This document shows, one piece after another, positions 58,301-64,000 of a DNA stretch of 64,000 bases (position 1 is the stretch's first letter; every line of letters begins with the position of its first letter). Under the pieces are notes generated by a model. The model was not told where the DNA came from. It worked only from the letters and a program-made list of their open reading frames with translations, and searched no databases. The position numbers and the translations under genes were made by a program. This stretch comes from Somniosus microcephalus (Eukaryota): the NCBI GenBank assembly GCA_052327205.1, contig CM126212.1, positions 187,798,001 through 187,862,000 on the forward strand. The letters are read 5' to 3'.

Positions 58301-61173
58301 GCTCAATGTCTCACAGATCATCAAAAGTACCTGCAAAAGCTTTAACATTTTATTGGTTATGCCACAGGCAGAATTCAGTACCCCTAAACCTCAGTGAGTT
58401 AGACGTGTTATCCAGTGGTTTAACTGTACCAATGAATGACTGGCAATAGCACTGCTGTATAATTAGGAACTAAGCAACTAGGTACAAGAACAAAACGTTT
58501 CACTTTCAGTGCCCAAAGATGGTTGATCCCTTGTATTTGTGCATTTTTGTAAATGCCCTAATTTGAATTATTTAAAAGGAAACATTTTAACAAAGTGATG
58601 TGTAAAGTTGTTAACTGTATGCACATTTAACAGTTTAAATGTGTTTAAATTGCTCAAAGCATGGTATACAGCACTGCAAAGTGGAATCATTCCAAAGACA
58701 AGGAAAAACACTTTCATGCCAGGTTGACTATATGGAAGACTAGATTAGGAAACATATGAAAATGGAAAGCGTAAATCCTTTTCCATTTTCCTCTGTTTGC
58801 ATGCTTTGTGATAGTTTGGAAAGATATGGATCAATCATCACAGGAAAGCTAAGTCAACAACCACAATAAAATCTTGTTAGCGTGCACCCCACCCTCAGTA
58901 CAAGGCTCTCGGTTCTAGCACTCTCTCTGCCATTAGGCTACTGAACGTTGACTCACAATATATTTGTGATACATTTTATACTATGAGACATTCAGTATAG
59001 TATGCAACTCATTATAACATGCACAATACTTGGCTTCCAAGGACTGTTATATTGAGGAGTGTACTTTTTATAGTGCTTGAGAGAAATTAGGCTGATGACA
59101 TATACAGCTCATAATTCTTGGCTGTGTGGTTGTGTTCTTGGTTCTCCGGAAGTAATGGCATTAAACTTCAGTATGCTCGCAGAAAGCGCTTTGTTGTGAC
59201 ATGGATATGTTATGTCAAAATTGAGTAGGCTACAAAATGCTTGATTCTATATCTTTCCAATGGAACTGGACTATTTCCAACCCCTTTCATGCAATATTTT
59301 CAATCCCTTTCATGCAATAGTTAAATTACTTTAACTGAGATTTCTGTAGACAACTGATAAGAGTCCCAAAAACAAATGAGCCCTCTTAGGAATATGTTCC
59401 TGTCACCACAGAGTTCCCACAAGGTGAGGGTTACCTTGGCATGCTGGGATATAGTCTCATCCCACGGTAGCTTTCTCCACGCTCTGAAGCATTCATTACT
59501 TCAGTGCAGCTGGCATCCATCACATTGGAAACGCACACTGCCATATGTTGTTTCTGAAGATGATGCCAGCAGTAATGGTAATGCATGGTGTGTACAACAT
59601 CTAAAAAAAAAGTACAGTGTTGGCATTAGTGGTTTGCGAGGATGCATTACATGAGACAAGAAAATATGTTTCAAATCTCACAGTGAAGCCAAGCTGCTAG
59701 AACTCTGAATTACATGGGTACGTTTCATCAAAGGGTATTGGTCATAACTAGCCTACATATTCCTGTGCAGTTCAGAATTTTCTGTGGAGAAGCATATTTG
59801 AATATTTCAAAATTATCTAGTCATAATCCCCCAAAATATGACAGCTATTGGCCGAGTGGCCTGAATTGTTACAGTTCAAGGGAACAGCAAACCCTCGCTC
59901 ACCACTAGTTACCACAAAGCCACCTGATCCCAGCAGTTAGTTCTTGTTTTTGAAAGACATGTTTTGAAGTATGCATGAAATCACAACATAAAATAACCGC
60001 ACATACCCTTGTGGTTATAAACCCAGGTTACTTTTTACCATACACTTTTAATAAACATACTTGTTCTCCAGTAATTTCTAAAACTTTTCCTTTGCAGTCG
60101 GATGAATTGTTAAGTGTTACATAACATGAGACTACAAACCAGATAAGGTGTATGATAAAAAAAAATCCAGAGCTCTGACTATGGAGACCTTATACCCAAC
60201 ATCTTTCCTTTGCTTAAGACTGCTGTGCACCCCAGGCATTGAGCTACAGTCTCCATAATCGGTGACCGTGGCCTAAGACTGACTCTGACGGCTGTTTTCC
60301 CTGTTTTTTCAGCAATGGCTCGGGAACCTCAGAAGATCTCTTCTGGAAACTGGATGCACTGCAGACCTTCATTAGAGATCTGCATTGGCCAGAGGAGGAG
60401 TTTGCAAAACACCTGGAGCAAAGACTAAAGCTCATGTCCAGCGATATGATTGAGTCATGTGTTAAAAGGTTAGGCTTTCTAGAGGGAATGGAAAGCAAAC
60501 CCAACAAGTATTTGTCTGAGCGCATAATCCCTATTTAGTGGATTATCTGTAAGATTTAATTATAGTTAATGATTGCCAATTCAGAAAGAAAGGAACCCTT
60601 GCTGTATTACAGCAGCATGCTTGACATAGCACGTCAATCAATTGCTGTCAACAATTCCATATTATGTTCACTTACAAACGTAATCTGATTTGGATATTAC
60701 ATGGGAATGCTTACTGGTAACATAGTTAGAGAGGTGGTGTGAAATATGATGCTATAATCTCACAAGCTGCCTCTACTAGTTTCATTACATGTAGAAGTAA
60801 AAAGTAATTGGAATATTTTAGACGGTAATGTACAGGAGAATTGGAAGATATGTTTGGAGGCCATTTGACATCTTTTCTATAAAGGTATGATGAATACATA
60901 AAAAAAATTATAAACATTTATGAATAAAAAATACCATTTGCACACTTGTAAGCATGTACCCTGACAGATGGCCCTGACACTATTTTGTGTTTCAGATTTT
61001 AAAACAATCCTTTTTCCTTTGATAGGACTAGGATTGCATTTGAAGCCAAGCTACAGAAGACAAGCAGGTCAACAGATTTCCGTGTCCCGCAGTCAATATG
61101 CACCATGTTTAATGTGATGGTTGATGCCAAGTCACAGTCCACAAAGCTTTGCAGCATGGAGGTGGGCCAGGAA
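1241..61173 (+). CDS. CADPS: CADPS/CAPS1 (calcium-dependent secretion activator 1), internal multi-exon portion; gene extends beyond both window ends
   Basis: 15 exons with consistent splice phases give a continuous peptide matching recalled vertebrate CAPS1 ([15 protein letters not shown]...[15 protein letters not shown]...[23 protein letters not shown]...[14 protein letters not shown]...[21 protein letters not shown]). [27 protein letters not shown] and [13 protein letters not shown] favour CADPS over CADPS2. Confidence 0.95.
2320..3265 (+). mobile_element. Degenerate L2-type LINE fragment (RT region to 3' end)
   Basis: Degraded [16 protein letters not shown] and L2 RT-like text ([12 protein letters not shown]...[12 protein letters not shown]), followed by an L2-type 3' tail; many stops and frameshifts. 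Confidence 0.7.
3275..3380 (+). mobile_element. Penelope-like element terminal fragment; reverse-strand relative at about 44095-44222
   Basis: aaaacagaaaatgctggagaaactcagcaggtcc...gagagaaacagagttagcgtttcaggtcgatgacc. Its reverse complement recurs near 44.1 kb. Family call is from recall. Confidence 0.5.
3445..3860 (+). mobile_element. Old tRNA-derived DeuSINE (SacSINE1-like) copy
   Basis: tRNA-like head (ggtagcactc...gggttcaag), Deu-like core (agaggtgccatcc...ttaaaccaaggccctgtc) and L2-like tail; homologous to the 49029-49486 copy. Confidence 0.65.
3863..3945 (-). mobile_element. 3' fragment of the same SINE family
   Basis: aaagaaagaaagacttgcatttatatagcgcctttcacgaccaccgga is nearly identical to the start of the 49029 copy. 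Confidence 0.7.
5554..5741 (+). CDS. CADPS: CADPS exon ([30 protein letters not shown]...[12 protein letters not shown])
   Basis: ccacag|GGC acceptor; AACAG|gtagag donor; 188 nt, phase 0 to 2. Confidence 0.95.
6695..6865 (+). CDS. CADPS: Putative CADPS cassette exon, Lys/Pro-rich ([58 protein letters not shown])
   Basis: Long pyrimidine tract then tttttaaag| acceptor; AAAAG|gtaagt donor; 171 nt, phase 2 to 2, no stops. Recalled mammalian CAPS1 isoforms have a Lys-rich insert at this position. Confidence 0.75.
11512..11717 (+). mobile_element. CR1 LINE RT fragment, left half of a split copy
   Basis: Encodes [67 protein letters not shown]. Confidence 0.92.
11797..12050 (+). repeat. 5' LTR (254 bp)
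   Basis: tgtagtg...ctttaca; differs from the 3' LTR only at 12004 (t) versus 16884 (c); TATATAA at 11927, AGTAAA at 11980; tandem duplication of a ~35-bp unit near its start. Confidence 0.97.
12052..12061 (+). promoter_or_regulatory. Primer-binding site TGGCGATGAG (tRNA-Ser(GCU)-like, one mismatch to TGGCGACGAG)
   Basis: Starts with TGG one nucleotide after the 5' LTR; tRNA identity is from recall. Confidence 0.7.
12539..12826 (+). repeat. About three imperfect tandem units of 100-115 bp in the LTR element's 5' leader
   Basis: Recurring gcgggagagagagacagagccgag..aagggg..actg.gcgagagccag.ccagcgg at about 12539, 12640 and 12760. Confidence 0.85.
13005..14129 (+). CDS. Ty3/gypsy Gag plus aspartic protease (374 aa)
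   Basis: Gag N-terminus [16 protein letters not shown]; ERFKFY..Q...ES..EY...[11 protein letters not shown]; [10 protein letters not shown]; two CCHC knuckles ([28 protein letters not shown]); protease [12 protein letters not shown]; ends GGPPLL*. Confidence 0.95.
   Translation: MPKRGNINDFNSEIEDWATYVERIEIYCEANKIEEDDKAITLLNSMGAKTYGLLKHLLAPAKPADQTFDDIVAVLKDHLNPTPLMLAERFKFYARTQRKDESNAEYLVELRRLAKYCQFGGNLTEALRDKFVCGLAKEGTQKRLLEENDLTLDRAVLIAASHEAAAKGTAEMQLKTAALSVDQITSTTTKCYRCGKTTHDQNQCWFKNQECRKCGKLGHIAKVCRSGKKTNNQRTNNQRKPSQERYNKVHKVAEKSSDEQNSDSDPNGQELGSLRIHNVSKEADLQTIWVMLKIAGIQVKMELDTGSALSVINRRDYHWLFSHIPLRDTKFVLQTYTGHKVYPMGKIRVKVRDRGKEHPRMNLYVLHEGGPPLL
14154..16325 (+). CDS. 723-aa chimeric coiled-coil protein built from host-like segments (STK10-, ANKRD24-, EVI5-, DNAJC21-like), in frame with gag-PR
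   Basis: Open 2172-nt ORF, E/K/Q/L-rich heptads; 14154-13005 = 1149 = 383 codons, so same frame as gag; C-terminal C2H2 finger and KKQKRKRR. Confidence 0.88.
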   Translation: MEWHYLKATTSEDSVQTSSSDSETDDDKTNPNMKDKAEMDLPTKVGKTKACIKAYAPEKNKVSEQNSTEQRQQLEQLSYRLVQEMKTMKKFYDTEWENLERQQKQLAQAESDHRAIVTNYRSHLPYDVQELEYLHDLEIQHKGKPRYTEDFVLQLEMELVQARLREAESQCALKEMQKKILDIEKRNASLPDENNVAMLQEELIGAKLKEAKQGMLELETQNQISSNQLCRAEKECNGLQEKVQYLSAQNKGLLTQLNESKGKMAEIDCKNKEDLMAVRLREADSIAALAELQQKIAKEANEEESSGSQDFIPVLLYDSLQAECEKLKEQYEQAQATILEGVNSATSEKLVSVEAYEQLKVEHEQEVQRLQEILDELKAKTDSSVEVPSIEEKLEVKDMAEHERQDVQELRKLLKETQDKYEAAMTEVQQLEEQIQLGTRSAEEKETVRNTETVRHELESIMAQELDSIMAQLLRALKAKVQEEKKVKALEEKVDEMEKTLIHSVPAEELTVSQLLHMLRDKTLQWEQSEHELQSSEGRSSELSKVTDIAEGATRILLGCQKYAESRQWEQQTVETDAPVEGLNSPINQSPMEGEVLKSLVKDLQETQEEWDEYEHIKKSLQERCLGREQQSANVQLGKEEVAGPLARLAQDDTEYYHDLLSDTEYYEDLVCPACDENSQSAEIRMKHLKSKEHREMVALQLAADKGAPRVSKKQKRKRRSRS
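16664..16675 (+). promoter_or_regulatory. Polypurine tract
   Basis: aaaaagggagga just upstream of the 3' LTR. Confidence 0.9.
16677..16930 (+). repeat. 3' LTR (254 bp)
   Basis: 253/254 identical to the 5' LTR; followed by TSD gggac. Confidence 0.97.
17542..19492 (-). pseudogene. Harbinger Myb/SANT-like DNA-binding protein gene, three exons (19492-19229, 18916-18757, 18600-17542), probable frameshift near 18300
   Basis: Exon 1 [15 protein letters not shown]...[28 protein letters not shown]; exon 2 [18 protein letters not shown]; GT-AG sites with matching phases (0, then 1). The exon 3 frame stops at 18254 while another frame continues to [14 protein letters not shown]. Confidence 0.82.
19748..20655 (+). 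mobile_element. CR1 LINE, right half of the split copy (RT C-terminus and 3' UTR)
   Basis: Resumes [12 protein letters not shown] directly after the Harbinger TIR; [48 protein letters not shown]; CR1-type 3' end. Confidence 0.93.
21056..21157 (+). CDS. CADPS: CADPS exon ([35 protein letters not shown])
   Basis: ttctag|G acceptor; TTTAG|gtgaat donor; 102 nt. Confidence 0.96.
21527..22358. mobile_element. Harbinger-type MITE
   Basis: Termini gggctagaaat and atttctaggcc; 3-bp flanks agc/agt. Confidence 0.6.
22434..22608 (+). pseudogene. Duplicated partial CADPS exon plus donor and intron (copy of about 23224-23399) with an in-frame stop
   Basis: Near-identical to the real exon from [11 protein letters not shown] to KIE|gtaagt plus about 60 nt of intron; ACG TAA (stop at 22516-22518) replaces ACA CGA; native acceptor absent. 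Confidence 0.9.
22846..22909 (+). CDS. CADPS: CADPS exon ([21 protein letters not shown])
   Basis: gacag|G acceptor; AGG|gtgagt donor; 64 nt. Confidence 0.96.
23211..23334 (+). CDS. CADPS: CADPS exon ([41 protein letters not shown])
   Basis: gcaaag|GTG acceptor; GAAG|gtaagt donor; 124 nt. Confidence 0.96.
24540..24853. mobile_element. Tc1/mariner-pogo (Tigger-like) MITE
   Basis: TA|caggaaacttt...ccggcac and gtgccgg...aaagtttcctg|TA: CAG-starting TIRs with TA duplication. Confidence 0.72.
24976..25601. mobile_element. Young Tigger/pogo-like MITE with an internal GC-rich minisatellite
   Basis: 22-bp TIRs caggtagactaYcctttatccg (one mismatch), TA on both sides, intact CpGs. Confidence 0.85.
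25120..25445 (+). repeat. G-rich minisatellite (ggggtcggcggttgtcggggct/cggc units)
   Basis: Many imperfect copies of gtcggcggttgtcgggg; source of the spurious Gly/Arg-rich ORFs. Confidence 0.9.
25675..25736 (+). repeat. 20-bp tandem repeat, three copies
   Basis: (aggaatatctgtacgatgat)x3. Confidence 0.9.
27649..27717 (+). CDS. CADPS: CADPS cassette exon ([23 protein letters not shown])
   Basis: ttttatag|GG acceptor; ATTC|gtgagt donor; 69 nt, phase 1 to 1; matches a recalled mammalian alternative exon ([22 protein letters not shown]). Confidence 0.9.
28571..28588 (+). CDS. CADPS: CADPS 18-nt microexon (E/Q-NQKDP)
   Basis: Long pyrimidine tract, atatag|AGAATCAAAAGGATCCAG|gtgaac; recalled human ENQKDAE. 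Confidence 0.88.
31660..31835 (+). mobile_element. L2-type 3' fragment
   Basis: aagctctggaattcccttcctaaacct...ccttaaaacctacctctttgaccaagc, shared with 42905-43230. Confidence 0.7.
33860..34250 (+). pseudogene. Degenerate Harbinger (HARBI1-like) DDE transposase relic
   Basis: [15 protein letters not shown] and [39 protein letters not shown] match the Harbinger motifs FYAxGSFQ and NRKGFHSxNVQ...PGSxHDAF. Confidence 0.72.
34600..34745 (-). pseudogene. Degenerate Myb/SANT relic convergent with the transposase relic
   Basis: Reverse strand of gtcattgaacttcttttggcac reads CQKKFND, compare CRKRFHD in the 19.2-kb gene. Confidence 0.45.
36470..36655. mobile_element. Short palindromic MITE (old)
   Basis: Imperfect fold-back arms (ttttcagc...ggcggagtggatcgc versus gcgaaccattctgcc...gttgaaaa). 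Confidence 0.5.
37183..37284 (+). CDS. CADPS: Putative CADPS Pro-rich cassette exon ([34 protein letters not shown])
   Basis: Pyrimidine tract then gacag| acceptor; CCAA|gtactg donor; 102 nt, phase 1 to 1, stop-free; TGCATG immediately upstream. Confidence 0.7.
38156..38262 (+). CDS. CADPS: CADPS exon ([35 protein letters not shown])
   Basis: cacag|AA acceptor; GAG|gtgagt donor; 107 nt. Confidence 0.96.
40048..40056 (+). CDS. CADPS: CADPS 9-nt microexon (GKE)
   Basis: ctacag|GGAAAAGAG|gtatgt, phase 0 to 0, between HHAE and AFAWW; recalled CAPS isoforms read HHAEGKEAFAWW. Confidence 0.78.
42905..43230 (+). mobile_element. L2 LINE 3' end
   Basis: [18 protein letters not shown]...[18 protein letters not shown], then tail gtgctatataaatacaggttgttgttg. 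Confidence 0.8.
43300..43760 (+). pseudogene. Second degenerate Harbinger transposase relic
   Basis: [17 protein letters not shown] and [13 protein letters not shown]...[15 protein letters not shown]. Confidence 0.65.
45013..46640 (+). repeat. About 138-bp direct repeat pair (45013-45150 and 46501-46640)
   Basis: cttgggttttac...gctaggtcattggcc.acagcactgagcagaggtgaggtatcaaa.tgacaggatagcaagagacttgttagaggttcta...aacccc in both copies. Confidence 0.9.
46049..46392. mobile_element. Harbinger-type MITE
   Basis: TIRs ggcccagaatttactgg and ccagcaaattctgggcc; perfect 3-bp TSD ATT. Confidence 0.82.
47568..47724 (+). CDS. CADPS: CADPS exon ([52 protein letters not shown])
   Basis: cgaag|GCC acceptor; GATT|gtatgt donor; 157 nt. 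Confidence 0.96.
47915..48903. mobile_element. Harbinger-type non-autonomous element (old)
   Basis: Termini ggcctagaaatt and aaatttctgctcc; internal gtggagccaggaggaacaggagtgctcc motif has related copies near 4450, 11385 and 21965. Confidence 0.55.
49029..49486 (-). mobile_element. Near full-length tRNA-derived DeuSINE (SacSINE1-like)
   Basis: Minus strand reads gtcagctgtggctcagttggtagcac (A box)...gggttcaagtccc (B box), Deu core agaggtgccgtctttcggatgagac..ttaaaccgaggccccgtc, L2-like tail with (tttc)n. Confidence 0.85.
49520..49900 (+). mobile_element. CR1 3' fragment
   Basis: [28 protein letters not shown] plus 3' UTR gaggggctgaatggcctattcctgttc. Confidence 0.85.
49951..50092 (+). CDS. CADPS: CADPS exon ([48 protein letters not shown])
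   Basis: ttttag|AT acceptor; GTAAA|gtaagg donor; 142 nt. Confidence 0.96.
50554..51309. mobile_element. Harbinger-type MITE
   Basis: Termini ggtccggattttccg and cgcaaattccggccc; CpG-rich ends, AT-rich middle. Confidence 0.65.
51697..51876. mobile_element. About 180-bp palindromic MITE
   Basis: ggggtaattttcactttgg and cccaaagtgaaaattacccc, with inner arms also complementary. Confidence 0.8.
52160..53835 (+). mobile_element. tRNA-derived SINE split by a CR1 insertion (about 52160-52260 and 53660-53835); relative at about 44440-44690
   Basis: tRNA-like head ggcacagtggcttagtgg...gttcaaatc; gaaactgaattcaataaatctg and the distal ttcactaatg..ttcagggaagg part are contiguous in the 44.4-kb copy. 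Confidence 0.6.
52270..53645 (+). mobile_element. 5'-truncated degenerate CR1 LINE
   Basis: [62 protein letters not shown]; 3' end ttctgtgattctatga. Confidence 0.92.
55018..55729. mobile_element. Young CpG-rich Harbinger-type MITE
   Basis: TIRs gggggagaaatttggtgg and ccacccaatttctccccc; high GC with intact CpGs inside an AT-rich intron. Confidence 0.8.
57610..57744 (+). CDS. CADPS: CADPS exon ([45 protein letters not shown])
   Basis: ccacag|G acceptor; GCTGA|gtgtgt donor; 135 nt, phase 2 to 2. Confidence 0.93.
60313..60468 (+). CDS. CADPS: CADPS exon ([52 protein letters not shown])
   Basis: ttttcag|C acceptor; AAAAG|gttagg donor; 156 nt. Confidence 0.96.
61026..61173 (+). CDS. CADPS: CADPS exon ([49 protein letters not shown])
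   Basis: gatag|G acceptor; GAA|gtaagt donor; 148 nt. Confidence 0.96.
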
Positions 61174-61949
61174 GTAAGTTAACACTTTTCCATGAAAATA
61201 CTGGTTCCAGTCAAGAGCTTACAATAGAAATCAGATTCAGTTGCAGCATATTATTACCAAATTATAACTTTTAAAGCAAAATATTTATATAGCATATAAA
61301 GATGACTTGTAATCTGTATAATTCTTTAAACAATGCAGTACCTTCTAATATAGCTACTTTAACCCTTTGAATACTGAATCTGTACTACAGATTTCAAAAA
61401 TAAATATTTAATTATTAAAGAATATCTGCAAAGATTAATCACTCAATTTCATTGTGGAATAGTATAATGTAGAATTAGAGAAACATTCAAAACTATTTTA
61501 TATTTCTGTATTTACAGGATTAACAGAATAACATGTTTTAGATAGCAATCCCAGTTCTGCTCTCCAGCATGGCTCTCCATTGGATGTGTAGGATTGGCCA
61601 TCACCCCTCTAATGATTTTATTCTTTTAGTGTTGAAATCTTATTCAATAACCAAAGTTTAATCTGGTTACCCTGATTAATAATTTTCTGAGTGTTTATTT
61701 CGCTTTCTTTTGTTTGAATAATTCATTCATATAATTTATTTATTGGAAGATTAACCTGTTATCTCACTGTGTTATCCCTGATATACCTGGGGCTCAGTGA
61801 GGATGACACACACTTGAAGCAGAATTCAACAAATACTCAAAGCTGGATTTTTAAATTAAGTGTGCGAGCACTTTGAGGCCCCAAAGGATAAAAAGGGTTT
61901 CCTTGAGCATATGAAATATTTTAATTTTATCAACATTTTTAATCAATAA

Positions 61950-62540
61950 TCATCGAATCATACAGCATAGAATGAGGTAATTCAGTCCATCATACCTGTG
62001 TGACTCTATGAAAGTGCTGTCCAATTTAGTCCCACAACTCATAACCCTGCAAATTAGTCCTCTTCAAGTATATGTCCCTTTAAAAGTTCCTATGGAATCT
62101 GCTTCCACCACCCTTGCAGGTAGAGCATTCCAGCAAACCTGTGTGAAAAAAAAATCTCCTTATTTCCCCTCTAGTTCTTTTGCCAATTATTTTAAATCTG
62201 TGACCTCTGGTTACCAACCCACTTGACAGAGGAAACAGTTTCTTCCTACTTGCTATTTCAAAACCCCTCATAATTTTAAAGACATCTATTAGGTTTCCCC
62301 TTAACTTTCTCTGCTCTAAAGAGTACAATCCCAGCTTCTCCAATCTCTCCAAATAACTAAAGTTGCTCATCCCTGGTATCATCCTGGTAAATGTCCTCTG
62401 TACCTCCTCCAAGGCCTTGACATCCTTCTTAAAAAGTGCCCAGAATTGTACACGATACTCCAGCTGAAGCCTAACCAGAGATTTGTAAATGTTTCGCATG
62501 ACTTCCTTGTTTGTATTCAATGCCCCTATTTACAAAGCCA
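61950..62540 (-). mobile_element. CR1 3' fragment
   Basis: IYKSLVRLQLEYRVQFW...ALEEVQRTFTRMIPGM...[31 protein letters not shown]...TRGHRFKI. Confidence 0.9.
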
Positions 62541-64000
62541 AATTTACAACAATGCAAGTATATGATAAAACTATCAAAGATAAGGTCCTTTAAATTCCAT
62601 GGGGGTTCTTCCAGCCCCCCAGAAATGGCTGTTTACAGCCAGGTACACCATTTCTCTGGCAGATCTGCCAGTCTCCTGCCACATTTACAATGGGTGACTG
62701 AGAGAAGACCATGAAACTTCAGGACCATGATCTTTGTGATGATGATGATTTCCTTGCAGTAAATGATAGCAACCCCTTATTGAAAGATGATCTATAATCA
62801 GATTTGCACATCACTCATTTTACTATTTCAAACTAATTACTGTACAGTTAATTAATAAGGCTAAAAAGTGAGCTGTGCATAAATCAGATGAGAATAAATA
62901 TGACTTTATTCCAAAGTAAAGAAATAATAGTGCCATTGTTCATCTGTTTAATTAACAGATTAGTTACTTAATAGTAAAATATACGTACTGGGGACATTGT
63001 ACTATTGCTGGCTGTATTAGTTGTTTATCAGAAACATGTTATGTCCTGAAGGAAGTAATTCACACATTGAAAGGTCCTTTCTGGAAATTAATAGATAACT
63101 CTGCACATGTAACAAGAATTTTCCACTGTTTTGTCGATTAAAAGTTGATTTGTGAATTATTTAAACATAATGAGGAAATTTAGGTCTGTGCAAGTAGAAT
63201 GCCAAAAAGTCATTCTCAGCTGCAGAAATTGCTATTGAAACTCTGCACTCTTCAGACTTACAAATTCCTCACTTCTGCCTGTCTCAGCTGATCCTGGCAA
63301 CAGCTGCAACTTGTAAATCTCGTTCTAACTTACCCCGAGTGCAGTGCAAGTGTAAAAGCAGAAAACTCAGAGCCACAGTACCACCGTAAATCAGTTCACT
63401 TGGGACTCGGCAGATGGATCACAGGTAGGGCCAAAACATGAGGGAATTCAAGAGGTCGATTATGGGGCAGAAACCCGGTGTAAGCGCATCTGCCTTATTT
63501 TGCTGTTGAAAAAAATGGCTTGCCCTAATCATATGCTGAAATCATGGCGGAAGCAGCTAGGAATTTCTAGGCCAGTATCTTTTAACTCCTTTTCTAGAGA
63601 GGATGAGATTGAGATAAACTTAATTTTCTGTAAAGAAGTGTATATTGTTATTAGTGCTTTGATTAATAAATATACAAACCTTGTTCTGCATGCACATCTC
63701 CTTAAGGGACTGAAATCAGTGAGGAAGGTAATAGGGATGCATTCTATTAAAGAGAAGGTATGAAGGCTGTTCTCATCAACAATATAATTGCAAATTATTT
63801 TTAAACTGTATTGTAAAAATAATTCCCAAAAAACTATATTAGAATACTGAATAGACGTTTAGCTAAATACTGTAGATGATTAAATGTTTTTGGACAGAAC
63901 TAATTAGCACAGATACTTTTACATTAATTTAATTACAATACCTCCAAACATTCCCCGAACCTCAGCTAAGTAAAGGAGAAAAGTGTGTATATTTTATTAG

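Noticed and set aside
1241-61173. Assignment as CADPS2
   Set aside because: Diagnostic segments (ENQKD microexon, KKREMY.HPVFCL exon, [28 protein letters not shown]) fit recalled CADPS better; a phylogeny would confirm.

Overview
Eukaryotic, not prokaryotic, DNA. The repeat content (DeuSINE, CR1, L2, Penelope-like, many PIF/Harbinger MITEs) points to a cartilaginous fish. The window is an internal, + strand part of CADPS (CAPS1): 15 phase-consistent coding exons from DADRAQKHG (1241) to SMEVGQE (61173), including a GC-AG intron, 9-nt and 18-nt microexons and several frame-preserving cassette exons. The standout lies in intron 6866-21055. It is a very young Ty3/gypsy LTR element (11797-16930; 254-bp LTRs differing at one base, GGGAC TSD, PBS, PPT) that keeps Gag and protease but has no RT, RNase H or integrase core. 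In place of pol, and in frame with gag-PR across a single TGA, is an open 723-codon intronless mosaic. It resembles pieces of host mRNAs (STK10, ANKRD24 twice, EVI5, and a DNAJC21 zinc finger) and ends in a basic NLS-like tail. This element sits inside a Harbinger element carrying a spliced Myb/SANT gene, which sits inside a CR1 LINE. All protein and repeat-family assignments come from my recall of vertebrate sequences and need BLAST/Dfam confirmation.
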